Assembly: GCA_016783745.1 (NCBI GenBank)
Contig: JADHVZ010000007.1
Location: 259 to 64,258 of the forward strand
Length of the DNA stretch: 64,000 bases
Origin: Candidatus Omnitrophota bacterium
Lineage (GTDB): Bacteria > Omnitrophota > Gorgyraeia > JAHIPI01
Direction: 5' to 3'
Shown: piece by piece, positions 44,958-54,863 of the stretch
Layout: each line of letters starts with the position of its first letter
Numbering within the stretch: position 1 is the first letter of the stretch
The notes under the pieces: model-generated
What the model saw: only the letters and a program-made list of their open reading frames with translations
Database searches by the model: none
Told to the model about the DNA's origin: nothing
Position numbers and translations under genes: made by a program

Positions 44958-46640
44958 TTATTTCTTTTTTTCGATCTTAGCCCAGGTATCACGCAGGCTT
45001 ACTATACGGTTAAAGACCGGTTTTCCGTCGGAAGGATCCGCGCTATCGACGCAAAAGTAGCCTTTTCGTTCAAATTGATACCTGGAACCCGGCTTCGCTT
45101 TTTTCAGGCCAGGCTCTATCCTGCAGGATCTTAACACCTCAAGCGAGTTTGGATTCAGATTAGATTTAAAATCACCGCCTTCACCCTCTTCAGGGTCCCG
45201 CTTAGTAAACAGCTCTTCATATAGCCGCACTTCAGCTTCAAGCGCGTGGCAGGCTGATACCCAGTGCAATGTTGCCTTTACCTTACGCCCGTCCGGGGAA
45301 TCTCCGCCTTTTGTGGCAGGATCATATGTGCAGTGGATCTCTTTGACCTCTCCGGTCTTTTCATCCTTTATAACGTCAACGCATTTGATGTAGTAGGCGT
45401 ATCTTAAACGTACTTCCCTCCCGGGGGACAAACGATAGAATTTTCTGTGCGGGTCTTCTTGAAAATCTTCCCGCTCGATATAAAGTTCCCGCGAGAATGG
45501 TACTTTTCTTGTACCCATACCATGATCTTCCGGATTATTGATAGCGTCAAGTCCTTCCTCTTTATCGAGCGGATAATTGGTGATGACCACCTTGAGCGGG
45601 CGTAAAACCGCCATAACGCGGGGAGCTGTCCTGTTCAATTCAGCGCGAATGGAATTTTCAAGCACATTGATGTCTATTATACTGTTAAACTTCGCTATGC
45701 CTATCTCGTCGCAAAAATTACGTATGGATCCCTGTGTATAGCCGCGCCTTCTAAGGCCCGATAAAGTCGGCATGCGCGGATCATCCCATCCGCTCACATG
45801 TTTGCCCTCCACCAGTTGTAAAAGCTTCCGCTTACTTAAAACGGTATAGCTTAGATTAAGCCGCGCGAATTCGATCTGTTGAGGCCGGTAGATATCAAGC
45901 CCCTTGAGTATCCAGTCATAAAGCGGGCGGTTGTTTTCAAATTCAAGCGTGCAAAGCGAATGCGTTATGCCCTCTACCGAATCGGATATACAATGCGCAA
46001 AATCATACATCGGATAAAGGCACCACTGATCGCCTTTTCTATAATGAGAGGCCTTTTTGATCCGGTACAGCGGCGGATCCCGCATGATCATGTGGGGAGA
46101 TCTCATGTCGATCTTCGCGCGGAGCGTCCGGGAGGCATCTTCAAATTCGCCTTTTTTCATGCGGCCGAAAAGGTCAAGATTTTCTTCAGCCGAACGGCCG
46201 CGGTACGGGCTATCCTTACCCGGTTCCGTCACTGTGCCGCGGTATTTGCTTACCTCCTCCGGGCTCAGGTCGCAGACATAAGCCTTCCCTTTATTAATAA
46301 GCTGTATAGCGCATTCGTAAAGCTTGTCAAAGTAGTCTGAGGCATAAAACTCTCTATCCCGCCAGTCAAACCCGAGCCATTTCATGTCACTTTTGATGGA
46401 TTCAACGTAACTGATCTCTTCTGTCTCCGGGTTAGTATCGTCAAACCGCAGGTTACATAACCCCTTATAATCAGCCGCCACTCCGAAATTAAGGCATATA
46501 GACTTGGCGTGGCCGATATGTAAAAAACCATTTGGCTCGGGTGGAAAACGGGTGTGGACCCTCCCCTCATATTTATCTGTTTTTAGATCTTTATCGATAA
46601 TATCCCGTATAAAATTAGCTCGCGCCTTTGAAGCCGTCAT
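44958..46640 (-). CDS. glnS: Glutamine--tRNA ligase
   Basis: [42 protein letters not shown] is nearly identical in pattern to the E. coli GlnRS HIGH region. The anticodon-binding beta-barrel C-terminus is present. Confidence 0.9.
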   Translation of the reverse strand: MTASKARANFIRDIIDKDLKTDKYEGRVHTRFPPEPNGFLHIGHAKSICLNFGVAADYKGLCNLRFDDTNPETEEISYVESIKSDMKWLGFDWRDREFYASDYFDKLYECAIQLINKGKAYVCDLSPEEVSKYRGTVTEPGKDSPYRGRSAEENLDLFGRMKKGEFEDASRTLRAKIDMRSPHMIMRDPPLYRIKKASHYRKGDQWCLYPMYDFAHCISDSVEGITHSLCTLEFENNRPLYDWILKGLDIYRPQQIEFARLNLSYTVLSKRKLLQLVEGKHVSGWDDPRMPTLSGLRRRGYTQGSIRNFCDEIGIAKFNSIIDINVLENSIRAELNRTAPRVMAVLRPLKVVITNYPLDKEEGLDAINNPEDHGMGTRKVPFSRELYIEREDFQEDPHRKFYRLSPGREVRLRYAYYIKCVDVIKDEKTGEVKEIHCTYDPATKGGDSPDGRKVKATLHWVSACHALEAEVRLYEELFTKRDPEEGEGGDFKSNLNPNSLEVLRSCRIEPGLKKAKPGSRYQFERKGYFCVDSADPSDGKPVFNRIVSLRDTWAKIEKKK

Positions 46641-46654
46641 CAGTTTACCTCATT

Positions 46655-48418
46655 TTAATCAAACTCGTGAAATATATTATACAACCTTTCAAACTGCACG
46701 ATGAAAGGGTCTTCCAGCTCTTCGAATTTAGCCATATAATCTCTGAATTCGTTGTCCACAACCCTCAAGTCTTTACCTATATATTCGATGAGCCAGTTTA
46801 TGTCCTCCTGGCCTTCGGCCTTCACCCCCGCCATTCTTTCCTGGTATTTCATAAACTCATCCGGATAACTATTCATCAAGAAAGTCACAAAGGCCCAGCT
46901 CTGGGCGTACATATATAACATTGACTCGTAGTAGACTCCCGGAAAACTTCCCATCCTATAAACAGTCAAGGCTTCAATGGGGTTTACCGCATTTTTCCTT
47001 ACTGCTTCCTGAAAGAGATAAAGCCATCGTTTGTTCCGGCTTCCTGTCGGATTGGTCTCACAATACGTCGCTATACCTTCGACAAGCCATGAATTCGCCG
47101 CCCTCATATCCGGCAGTTCACCTTTTCCTTTTATAGCTATGATCGATTTTACTATCTCCGCTTTTTTGGCGTAATCATCGGTTTCGAGAAATTCCTTTTT
47201 CTTTTTTATCAATCTCTCTTTGTCTCTTTCGACCTTTGAAAGCATTATGTTCTGAAGGCCCCAGCTAGAGAACATCTGATGGGTGAATTCATGCCGCAAT
47301 GTGGAAAGCGTCCCTTCCCTGTAAAGATTCTTATAGTAGCTGTATGCCTCCCAGTATTTATTTCTGATACCTTTCGCTTCTCCCTCGATAAAAATATCAT
47401 ATCTGTCGTCATACCTGTTTTCAGCCCTTTCCACTAATTCATCGATCTGCCTTCCGCTTTCGCCGACTAAAGCTTCAAACAATATCTCCGAAAACTCCTC
47501 CCCCAGAACATTAAAAAGATATAAGATCTTATCATCCGGCCGGAAATACCCCGCCACCATCCACCCGGGTACTCCGTCAGCTATGGCATACTCCACAAAA
47601 TCAATAAAGCTGTCAAAAATTACAACGTAGTTCTGCGCCTGGGGGGTTCTGTCCTTCAAGAGTCCGAAAAACTTGAAATATATGTTTGTATAGACGTTTC
47701 TCAGCACCTGGCTGCATTCATTGACCCATAAAATATTGGAGTCGGACACAATAGTGAAATTTCCGAACCGGTAAAATTCCATCTCAGGAAAAAATTTTTC
47801 CAAAGTAGACCGCGTCTTCCTGCTTTCATCGTTCTCGATCGGCTTAAAAATAAGATGCTCCACTTTAGAGCGCTTTACGTCCTGTTCTATGCTCCCTCCT
47901 TCGTCTACCAAATACAATAGCGTGATGTGATCTTCCTCCACATCCTTTATTACGGCGTCCAGCACCGCCCTGTTTGTCAATCTTACCACAATATCATTAT
48001 TAAAGGGCCAAAAATCGGATACCTCCTTGTCCGAAAGGACCCGTTTTTTACTTAATGCTTCTTTCGGGTCCCCTATACGGTCTAACTGGCTCGCGAATAT
48101 AACCGTCTCCTGGCCCTTCCAGTTTATCACATACTCCCCGCCCGATACCGCTACGAGATCACCTACCATAGAACTTCCGTCTTTGAAAAATAGGGCTACC
48201 TCATCCCCGACCGCGTAGTCTCCCGAGACTTTTTTCGCCGGCAGGGCTTTCTCCGCATCAGAAGACACAGCGGCCTTCCTTGTCTTTGGCCTTTGCAGGT
48301 CGGTCCTTCCGGTGGCCGAAAGCACCTTTGCCCTCAAAATCCCACCGGCCTTTACAGCCGCGAATATAACCGCCGCCAATACAATTATGAATATTATGAT
48401 GCCCTTTAAATTCTTCAT
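46655..48418 (-). CDS. Membrane-anchored putative gluzincin metallopeptidase (HExxH...E; DUF1570-like)
   Basis: N-terminal TM, HEFTHQMF zinc motif and a downstream WLVEGIATY motif analogous to M1-family NEGFA. Confidence 0.5.
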   Translation of the reverse strand: MKNLKGIIIFIIVLAAVIFAAVKAGGILRAKVLSATGRTDLQRPKTRKAAVSSDAEKALPAKKVSGDYAVGDEVALFFKDGSSMVGDLVAVSGGEYVINWKGQETVIFASQLDRIGDPKEALSKKRVLSDKEVSDFWPFNNDIVVRLTNRAVLDAVIKDVEEDHITLLYLVDEGGSIEQDVKRSKVEHLIFKPIENDESRKTRSTLEKFFPEMEFYRFGNFTIVSDSNILWVNECSQVLRNVYTNIYFKFFGLLKDRTPQAQNYVVIFDSFIDFVEYAIADGVPGWMVAGYFRPDDKILYLFNVLGEEFSEILFEALVGESGRQIDELVERAENRYDDRYDIFIEGEAKGIRNKYWEAYSYYKNLYREGTLSTLRHEFTHQMFSSWGLQNIMLSKVERDKERLIKKKKEFLETDDYAKKAEIVKSIIAIKGKGELPDMRAANSWLVEGIATYCETNPTGSRNKRWLYLFQEAVRKNAVNPIEALTVYRMGSFPGVYYESMLYMYAQSWAFVTFLMNSYPDEFMKYQERMAGVKAEGQEDINWLIEYIGKDLRVVDNEFRDYMAKFEELEDPFIVQFERLYNIFHEFD

Positions 48419-48427
48419 ATTATAGCC

Positions 48428-49306
48428 TTAGTCCTTTGATATCGCGATATTCTCAAATTCCCTGTTTATATCCTTAAAAGGGGTTTCATAGATATCTTCG
48501 CAGGCCACTTTGAAATCCCGGCCCTTTGAGACCTCAAGCGCCAGCTCATAAAACTTTTCACGTCCGTAAGCCAGCACAAGGTGCCTGATAAGAAGCTCAC
48601 TCTCGTCATAAAACGCTATAACGTTTTCCGGAAGTTTTTTCATATAGATCATCTCATCAAGATCTATAAACTCATCCCTGGCTATCCGGTTGATCTTTCT
48701 TACCTTATACTCATTCCCTTTGAAGCGTACGGCCAGCGCGCGCGCACTCGCGTATTGGGCAAGCCCTTCGTTTAAGAAAAGCGGAATAGGCCCTTCTAAA
48801 AATCTAAACACAATAACGTGTGAGATCTCATGCGCTATAGTCTTCATCGGAGCCAGCCAGTAAGGGCTTGGATAGATATAAAGCTCCCAGCCGTTAGTAA
48901 AAGCCCCTGCGCCGGAGATAAAGCTTATTCTATCTTTAAAGGCATTCCAGTTTTCATCACTCGAAAATATAAAAATATGGCTTTTTTTCTTCCAGTTGTC
49001 ATCATCCACACCAAAAAAAATTTTGACCCACTTATAGTAATACTCGGCTTTCAGGTAGATGATCTCGGCCTTTTCTTCATCCATGAAATGATAGACAAAA
49101 TGATCCGTCTCGGCGTGTTTCCAATCCTTCTCGTATAAAGAGAGGGCTGCCCTGCCCTTAGGCGAGACGTCTGTATCGGATATGTTTCTCAGGCTTACGG
49201 CAGGAATGGATCCGGGCTCAGCGCACGGAGCGGGAATAAAAGCGGCGCCGAAGGAGGCGCATAAAAACACGATCATGATCACTTTGGCCGGATCTATGAT
49301 ATTCAT
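48428..49306 (-). CDS. Secreted putative gluzincin metallopeptidase (paralogue of the preceding gene)
   Basis: Signal peptide, HEISHVIVFRF and LNEGLAQYAS (HExxH plus an NEG glutamate). Confidence 0.5.
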   Translation of the reverse strand: MNIIDPAKVIMIVFLCASFGAAFIPAPCAEPGSIPAVSLRNISDTDVSPKGRAALSLYEKDWKHAETDHFVYHFMDEEKAEIIYLKAEYYYKWVKIFFGVDDDNWKKKSHIFIFSSDENWNAFKDRISFISGAGAFTNGWELYIYPSPYWLAPMKTIAHEISHVIVFRFLEGPIPLFLNEGLAQYASARALAVRFKGNEYKVRKINRIARDEFIDLDEMIYMKKLPENVIAFYDESELLIRHLVLAYGREKFYELALEVSKGRDFKVACEDIYETPFKDINREFENIAISKD

Positions 49307-49456
49307 ACCAGTCTTCTTTTATGGGGTGATTAGAGTAATGTATATTATACAGCTTTTCAGAGGATTTTACAAGCGGGCCGGGCTTGGCGGTGAGAAATGA
49401 TCCCTCTCCATAACATGGTTACTTCAAGAACTTTCTTCGTCTAGCGGCCGACATAT

Positions 49457-50203
49457 TTAGTACCGCCTGCCTATACCTACTACAACTGATGTACCTGCCG
49501 ATGCAAATGTCTCTCCTGTTACCGGATCCGCTATAGTAAGGTCTATCGAATAAGAGCCCGGTTCTGTATAAGCGTGAGAAACACTGCTGCTTCCGCTGCT
49601 TGAGCTGCCGTCGCCAAAATTCCAGTAGTATTCTCCGGGGCCGTCATATGATGCTGAAAGTAGTACTCCAAGAAAGCTCCTTCCTCCCACCATGACTGAG
49701 ATCTCCGGATCATCGTAGTTTTTCTGGCCGTATCCGCTCTCACCGTAACCGCTCTGGCCGTATCCGCTCTCGCCATAGCCGCCCTGACCAGGGCCTACTG
49801 GTTCATAAACTCTGATCTCTACAGATGCAGTGTCGCTTCCATCAGGCCCTATTATTTCAAGCGTCGCGGTGTAATCTCCGGGTTCATCATACGTATAGGA
49901 TGCGCTTGTGCCTTGTCCATCCCTGAAAACACCGTTTCCGTCCAGGTCCCACGCGCGGATAATTATATTGCCTGTTGAATGGTCTGAGAACGAGACTGAA
50001 AGAGGCGCGTATCCGTCAGCCGGAAAAGCGGAGATGGCGGCGCCAAAGGCCTCAAGCACAGTGATCGCTTGTGATGCGGTGTCGCTTCCGTCAGGACCTA
50101 TTATTTCAAGCGTTACAGTGTACTCACCGGCTGCCTCATAACTGCAGCTCGCGTCCTGGCCATGACTCGGCCGTCCGCCGTTTCCAAAATACCATGAGCT
50201 CAT
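49457..50203 (-). pseudogene. N-terminally truncated PKD-domain surface-protein gene fragment
   Basis: The ORF begins inside a PKD domain (SSWYFGNGG...), has no signal peptide, holds three PKD-like repeats plus GESGYGQSGYG spacers, and abuts the TIR element. Confidence 0.5.
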
Positions 50204-50230
50204 GCGGAGGCTCTTCGATTCGGCTTCTTC

Positions 50231-50383
50231 GTGTCTGGCGAATTTTGCCCTACAGAAATTTGCTTTTAGTAATTAACACCTTGTAAGCAAATTTCTATTA
50301 GGACTAGTCCCATAAAAATTGCCTGTGCATTTCTGAATGTCGAGGCAATTTTTGTGGGGGTGGGGGCAAAATTCGCCAGACAC
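50231..50383. repeat. MITE-like 153-bp element with perfect 20-bp terminal inverted repeats GTGTCTGGCGAATTTTGCCC and three internal palindromes
   Basis: Left TIR at 50231-50250 and right TIR at 50364-50383 (exact reverse complement). Internal inverted repeats AGAAATTTGCTT/AAGCAAATTTCT, GGACTAGTCC and AAAAATTGCCT/AGGCAATTTTT. Confidence 0.8.
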
Positions 50384-50830
50384 TTTGCGTCCTCTTCCTC
50401 GCAAAAATCCTTTATTTTTTAGGCGGCCAATTTATCCCGAGCAGAGTCGAGGGAAAAATTTTTAAAAGGTGTTTGATTTTTGCTCGGTCAAGTCCGCCCC
50501 CGAAGGTAGAACTTCATAGAAGTTTCTCCATGCGGGGGAAGCCTCATCTCATGGACGCGTTGCGCTGCAGCGGAGCACCTGCAGTCACAGTACCTAAAGG
50601 TAGGCTTCGCGCTACATAAATGTAGCGCTCCGCACTCGGGCGGCTTCAGCCCGGAGTTTATCCGCCGTAGCCTTGGCGAAGGCGGAGGCTTCCGTAGCGC
50701 CCTTTGTGCGCCTGCTTTTCTCAAGAGGAATGCGATTGACAAAAGAGTATTTTTATGATATATATGAAATCGACAAAAAGATATAGCCGTCCCGTGTTTA
50801 AAGGGGGAACCCGGACGTTAAAAAAGTAAA

Positions 50831-50864
50831 ACCTTCGCAGGATAAGAATTGCGAAGGTTTTTTA
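50831..50864 (+). terminator. Rho-independent terminator just upstream of radC
   Basis: ACCTTCGCA-ggataagaat-TGCGAAGGT followed by TTTTTT on the plus strand. Confidence 0.55.
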
Positions 50865-50880
50865 ATTGTATAGGAGAATT

Positions 50881-51597
50881 ATGATAACTAAAGAAAGAGA
50901 GAAAGCGTTCGGGCAGTCTATTAAATCATGGCCGATAAGTGAACGTCCGCGCGAATTACTTCTGGACAATGGACCTGATTGTGTTTCTGATGCCGGGTTA
51001 ATTGCAATATTGTTGCGATCCGGCACGAAAGGCAAAGATGCTGTGTCACTTGCCAGAGACTTGATTAAGCATTTTGGCAGCTTGAGAGGGTTGTTATCTG
51101 CCAGGAAGGCAGATTTAGAAAAGATAAAGGGACTAGGCCAGGCAAAGATTGCGCAACTTATGGCAGTGATAGAAATTGCCAAACGCCAACTTAAAGAGGA
51201 AATTATCGGTAAGCCCTACATTGAGAACGAAAAAGATGTCATGGATTATTTATCTCTGACTATGCGCGATTTAAAAGAAGAGTTTTTCAAAGTGTCGTAC
51301 CTAAATAAAGCAAATATCATCATCTCAGTAGAAGATTTAGCCAAAGGGACTATAGATCAATCCTCTGTCTATCCGCGAGAAATCATAAAGAGGGCCCTGG
51401 AAATAGGGTCTTGCGCTATTGTTTGCGTCCATAATCACCCGTCAGGAAACTTAGAGCCCAGCAAATTTGATATAGAGGTTACTAAGAGGCTCACTTCTGC
51501 CTGTCAGGCTGTTGATATTACCCCTTTAGATCATATAATAGTATCTCCCCCGCGGTCAGTTAAGCTTAAAAAGCAGGGGTGTATTTTCAAATATTGA
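50881..51597 (+). CDS. radC: RadC-like JAB/MPN domain protein
   Basis: N-terminal HhH region and C-terminal JAMM motif HNHPSG. Start is taken at ATG 50881, preceded by GGAG. Confidence 0.8.
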   Translation: MITKEREKAFGQSIKSWPISERPRELLLDNGPDCVSDAGLIAILLRSGTKGKDAVSLARDLIKHFGSLRGLLSARKADLEKIKGLGQAKIAQLMAVIEIAKRQLKEEIIGKPYIENEKDVMDYLSLTMRDLKEEFFKVSYLNKANIIISVEDLAKGTIDQSSVYPREIIKRALEIGSCAIVCVHNHPSGNLEPSKFDIEVTKRLTSACQAVDITPLDHIIVSPPRSVKLKKQGCIFKY

Positions 51598-51663
51598 AAA
51601 TACGTGATATTATAGTTTAACTTCAGTAAAAATGTAGATAAACTATAAAATATCAAATTTTAC

Positions 51664-51692
51664 TTGACAACAATGATTTTTTATTGTATACT
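51664..51692 (+). promoter_or_regulatory. sigma70 promoter TTGACA-N17-TATACT for the hsdM operon
   Basis: TTGACA at 51664-51669, 17-nt spacer and TATACT at 51687-51692. A GGAG RBS lies at 51733, before the ATG at 51744. Confidence 0.5.
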
Positions 51693-51743
51693 TCTGTATC
51701 GGCAGCAGGAATAGTAATTCATACAATACACAGGAGAACAATC

Positions 51744-53231
51744 ATGGAAAGAGTAAATTTAGAAACCTTAAAATCTCACCTTTGGAAATCTGCTGATATT
51801 CTGAGAGGGCATATTGACGCGGCAGATTACAAAAACTATATTTTTGGACTTTTATTCTTAAAACGCATTTCCGACTGTTTTGATGAAGAAGTGGAAAATA
51901 TAATAAAGGAAACAGGCGCTGAGAGACGAGCACATGAAGATAGGGATTATCATGATTTCTTTGTGGATAAAAAAGCATATTGGAAGCACCTTAAATCACG
52001 CACACATGATATAGGCACGGCAATCAATACCGCAAATGATAAACTTGAAGAAGACAATCCGGAAACGTTAGAAGGAGTTTTAACTACAATTGACTTCAAT
52101 GATAAGGAGCGCCTGCCGGATAATATTCTTTCTCAGCTTATTGCCCATTTTTCCAGCATAAGATTAGGAAACAAAGATTTAGAAAAGCCGGATATTTTGG
52201 GCGACGCGTACGAATATTTAATAGCGCAATTTGCCTCAAGCGCCGGAAAAAAAGGAGGGGAATTTTATACACCTAAGGAAGTGGTTGAATTATTAGTGGA
52301 AATTTTAGACCCGCAAGAACGTATGAGAATATGCGATCCTGCCTGCGGCTCCGGTGGCATGCTGGTTCAATCTGTATATCATTTAAGAGAGAACAAGCAA
52401 AATCCTAAAAACATATCCCTTTACGGGCAAGAGATAAACGTAGGCACATGGGCAATTTGTAAAATGAATTTACTTCTGCATGGCCTGCGCAATGCGCAGA
52501 TAAAAAGATGCGATACACTAAGAGATCCTCATCCGCTCGTTAAAGGAAAGCTGATGCAGTTTGATATAGTGATTGCAAATCCACCTTTTTCCCTTAAAAA
52601 CTGGGGATATGAAAAGGCTCAGAATGATTCTTATGGAAGGTTTAGATTTGGTATACCTCCAAAAGGATATGGCGATTATGCCTTTGTCCAACATATGATA
52701 GCCGCCATTAAGCCCACGGGTAAAATTGGAGTTGTTTTGCCTCACGGCGCATTATTTCGCGGAGGCACAGAAGGAAAGATAAGAAAAGGCATAATAGAAG
52801 AGGATCTTATTGAGGCAGTAATAGGTTTACCTTCTAAGTTGTTTTATGGCGCCGGTATCCCGGCGTGCCTATTAATAATTAACAGAAATAAGCCAAAAAA
52901 CAGAGCTGGCAAGATATTTTTTGTCTATGGCGCAAATGATTACTTAGAAGGTAAAAAACAGAATAAACTGCGCAGGGAAGATGTTGAAAAAATAGTTTCA
53001 GCATTCAGGGGGCATAAGGAAATAGAAAAATACTCCAGGGCTGTTTCTCTTACTGAAATCCAGGAAAACGATTATAACCTTAACATCACAAGATACATTG
53101 ATGTTACCGAAGAAGAGGAAAAGATAGACATTCAAAAGACAATTGACGATTTAAAAGAGGCCAAAAAAGAATATAGGCGGTTTGAAGGCAAAGTTTTGGA
53201 TTTTTTAAAAGAATTAAACTACAAGGTATAA
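51744..53231 (+). CDS. hsdM: Type I restriction-modification system DNA methyltransferase subunit
   Basis: N6-adenine MTase motifs: FYTP (motif I region), DPACGSGGML (SAM binding) and VIANPPF (NPPF catalytic). The HsdM N-terminal domain is present. Confidence 0.9.
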   Translation: MERVNLETLKSHLWKSADILRGHIDAADYKNYIFGLLFLKRISDCFDEEVENIIKETGAERRAHEDRDYHDFFVDKKAYWKHLKSRTHDIGTAINTANDKLEEDNPETLEGVLTTIDFNDKERLPDNILSQLIAHFSSIRLGNKDLEKPDILGDAYEYLIAQFASSAGKKGGEFYTPKEVVELLVEILDPQERMRICDPACGSGGMLVQSVYHLRENKQNPKNISLYGQEINVGTWAICKMNLLLHGLRNAQIKRCDTLRDPHPLVKGKLMQFDIVIANPPFSLKNWGYEKAQNDSYGRFRFGIPPKGYGDYAFVQHMIAAIKPTGKIGVVLPHGALFRGGTEGKIRKGIIEEDLIEAVIGLPSKLFYGAGIPACLLIINRNKPKNRAGKIFFVYGANDYLEGKKQNKLRREDVEKIVSAFRGHKEIEKYSRAVSLTEIQENDYNLNITRYIDVTEEEEKIDIQKTIDDLKEAKKEYRRFEGKVLDFLKELNYKV

Positions 53232-53234
53232 AAT

Positions 53235-53834
53235 ATGTTTGAAGGCAAAGAAAAAATAGAAAAAGTTTTTATGGCGCTTTCGGAACAGCTTGATGCTGAA
53301 GGCGTTATTCATCTTGAGATGGTTGTTTGCGGAGGCATAGCGTTGAATATGCTGGGATATATTAAGCGGACGACCAGGGATGTGGATGTTATTGCGTTTG
53401 TAGATAAAAACAAAGATGGCCTGACCGTTTTATCTAAGGCAATCCCTATGAAACCCGAGCTTATAAAGGCAGCAGAAAAAGTTAAAAGAGATTTTAATTT
53501 GCCTGATAACTGGCTTAATGCAGGGCCGGCATCAGTTATGGATTTTGGCCTACCGGACGGGCTTATGGACAGGGCTGAAACCCGTTCATACGGCAAAAAC
53601 CTCATTATTCATTTTTTATCAAGATACGACCAGATTCATTTTAAACTTCATGCGGCAGTTGACCAGGCAGGAGGCAAGCACTACGACGACCTTATGGAAC
53701 TGAAGCCGTCTGCTGAAGAGCTGGAAAAGGCCGCGCGCTGGAGCATCACCCATGATTCGTCACCGGGCTATAGACAGGTTTTGAAGGATTTCCTTAAACA
53801 GATGGGGCATGAAGATGTCGCGGGAAAGCTTTAA
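53235..53834 (+). CDS. Minimal nucleotidyltransferase-fold protein (AbiEii/DUF1814-like NTase signature), function unknown
   Basis: VVCGGIALNMLGYIKRTTRDVDVIAF fits the hG[GS]x(9-15)Dh[DE]h pol-beta NTase motif. Starts 4 nt after the hsdM stop. Confidence 0.45.
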   Translation: MFEGKEKIEKVFMALSEQLDAEGVIHLEMVVCGGIALNMLGYIKRTTRDVDVIAFVDKNKDGLTVLSKAIPMKPELIKAAEKVKRDFNLPDNWLNAGPASVMDFGLPDGLMDRAETRSYGKNLIIHFLSRYDQIHFKLHAAVDQAGGKHYDDLMELKPSAEELEKAARWSITHDSSPGYRQVLKDFLKQMGHEDVAGKL

Positions 53835-54861
53835 AAATTATTATCTGGATAACGTACTGGATTTTTTGTGGCGTCAATGGTCTGCATTAGGTGTCGCCGG
53901 CAGCGCCAGGCAGGAAGACAGCTGGGCAATTGACCCTGAGGCATTGATAGTTTTTTCTTTAGAATTCGCACGCTATGAACCACGTCTTTTCGATGAAATA
54001 CTCGATTGGTTGGTAACGAATGGGAAGTGGATTGACATCCAAAGGTTAAGAAGCATTTTAAAAACCAAGGGCGAAAAAATTCAGCGTTTGGCAAGTTCCG
54101 CAGCCGCGTTTATATCTTTACTTCCTGGTTCATATCAACGTAAATGGCGGGCGCTAAGCTTATTTAGAAAGGCCGATTCTAAAACTCAAATTGAGCCGCT
54201 TTTTTTTACTAAGACAGGAGAGCCTTATCTGAAATCGCGGACGAAATCGCAGGTTTTTACAGATTACGGTTTTTTGCGGGAATCTTTTGCCTTGCGGAGA
54301 ATGACAAAAACTACCTCTATATCCAGCAGCAGCAATATACGGTTTTTGTTAAGAGCGCTCTTTGGCATTGGCTCAAGGTCAGAATGTATACTCTACCTTT
54401 TAACCCATGAAGCGGGACACCCTTCTGAAATAGCAAAGGGAATCGGGATTTCTGTCAGGGGGACGCAAGATGCCTTAATTGAACTTGCAGAGTCAAGCCT
54501 GATTCTCACGCGTATCAAGGGAAAACGAAAGATCGAATACTGGCTTTCGCAGAAAAAATGGTGGGAATTCTTAAAGAATCAGCCTTTGAGTGATACAAAA
54601 CCGTCTCTTTGGGTTAACTGGATCGCAGTATTTAACGCGCTTTCAGGAGTTTGGAACGTATTAAAGGAAATAGAAGCGCCGGAGACTTCTGACTACATGA
54701 AAAGTTCCAAATTACACGAGGCAATGGAGGTCTTTATCGCAGGGGAATTTGAAAAAAGCGGCCTTGACATCCCACCTGCTCCGGGAAAAGATATAACCAT
54801 AGAAGAATATGCTAAAGCGTTTGAGGAATTTATCAAGAGAATTCTCGGGACCAATAAGTAA
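53809..54861 (+). CDS. Hypothetical protein with internal winged-helix DNA-binding region, function unknown
   Basis: 350 aa. ECILYLLTHEAGHPSEIAKGIGISVRGTQDALIELAESSLI...KGKRKIEY is wHTH-like. Overlaps the preceding ORF by 26 nt and ends 3 nt before hsdS. Confidence 0.4.
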   Translation: MKMSRESFKNYYLDNVLDFLWRQWSALGVAGSARQEDSWAIDPEALIVFSLEFARYEPRLFDEILDWLVTNGKWIDIQRLRSILKTKGEKIQRLASSAAAFISLLPGSYQRKWRALSLFRKADSKTQIEPLFFTKTGEPYLKSRTKSQVFTDYGFLRESFALRRMTKTTSISSSSNIRFLLRALFGIGSRSECILYLLTHEAGHPSEIAKGIGISVRGTQDALIELAESSLILTRIKGKRKIEYWLSQKKWWEFLKNQPLSDTKPSLWVNWIAVFNALSGVWNVLKEIEAPETSDYMKSSKLHEAMEVFIAGEFEKSGLDIPPAPGKDITIEEYAKAFEEFIKRILGTNK

Positions 54862-54863
54862 CC

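Noticed and set aside
50488-50742. 84-aa minus-strand ORF (Arg/Pro/Cys-rich)
   Set aside because: Its composition is typical of translating a GC-rich structured non-coding region. It has no RBS or start context, so the region is better explained as RNA or a gene remnant.
50390-50864. Assignment of the structured region to RNase P RNA, tmRNA, SRP RNA or 6S RNA
   Set aside because: I could not find the conserved cores by eye: GGAAAGUCCGG and ACAGAAxCCGGCUUA for RNase P, the tRNA-like ends and tag reading frame for tmRNA, or GGAAGCAGCCAAGG for SRP. Only short partial matches (AAGTCCG, CCAAGGC) were present.
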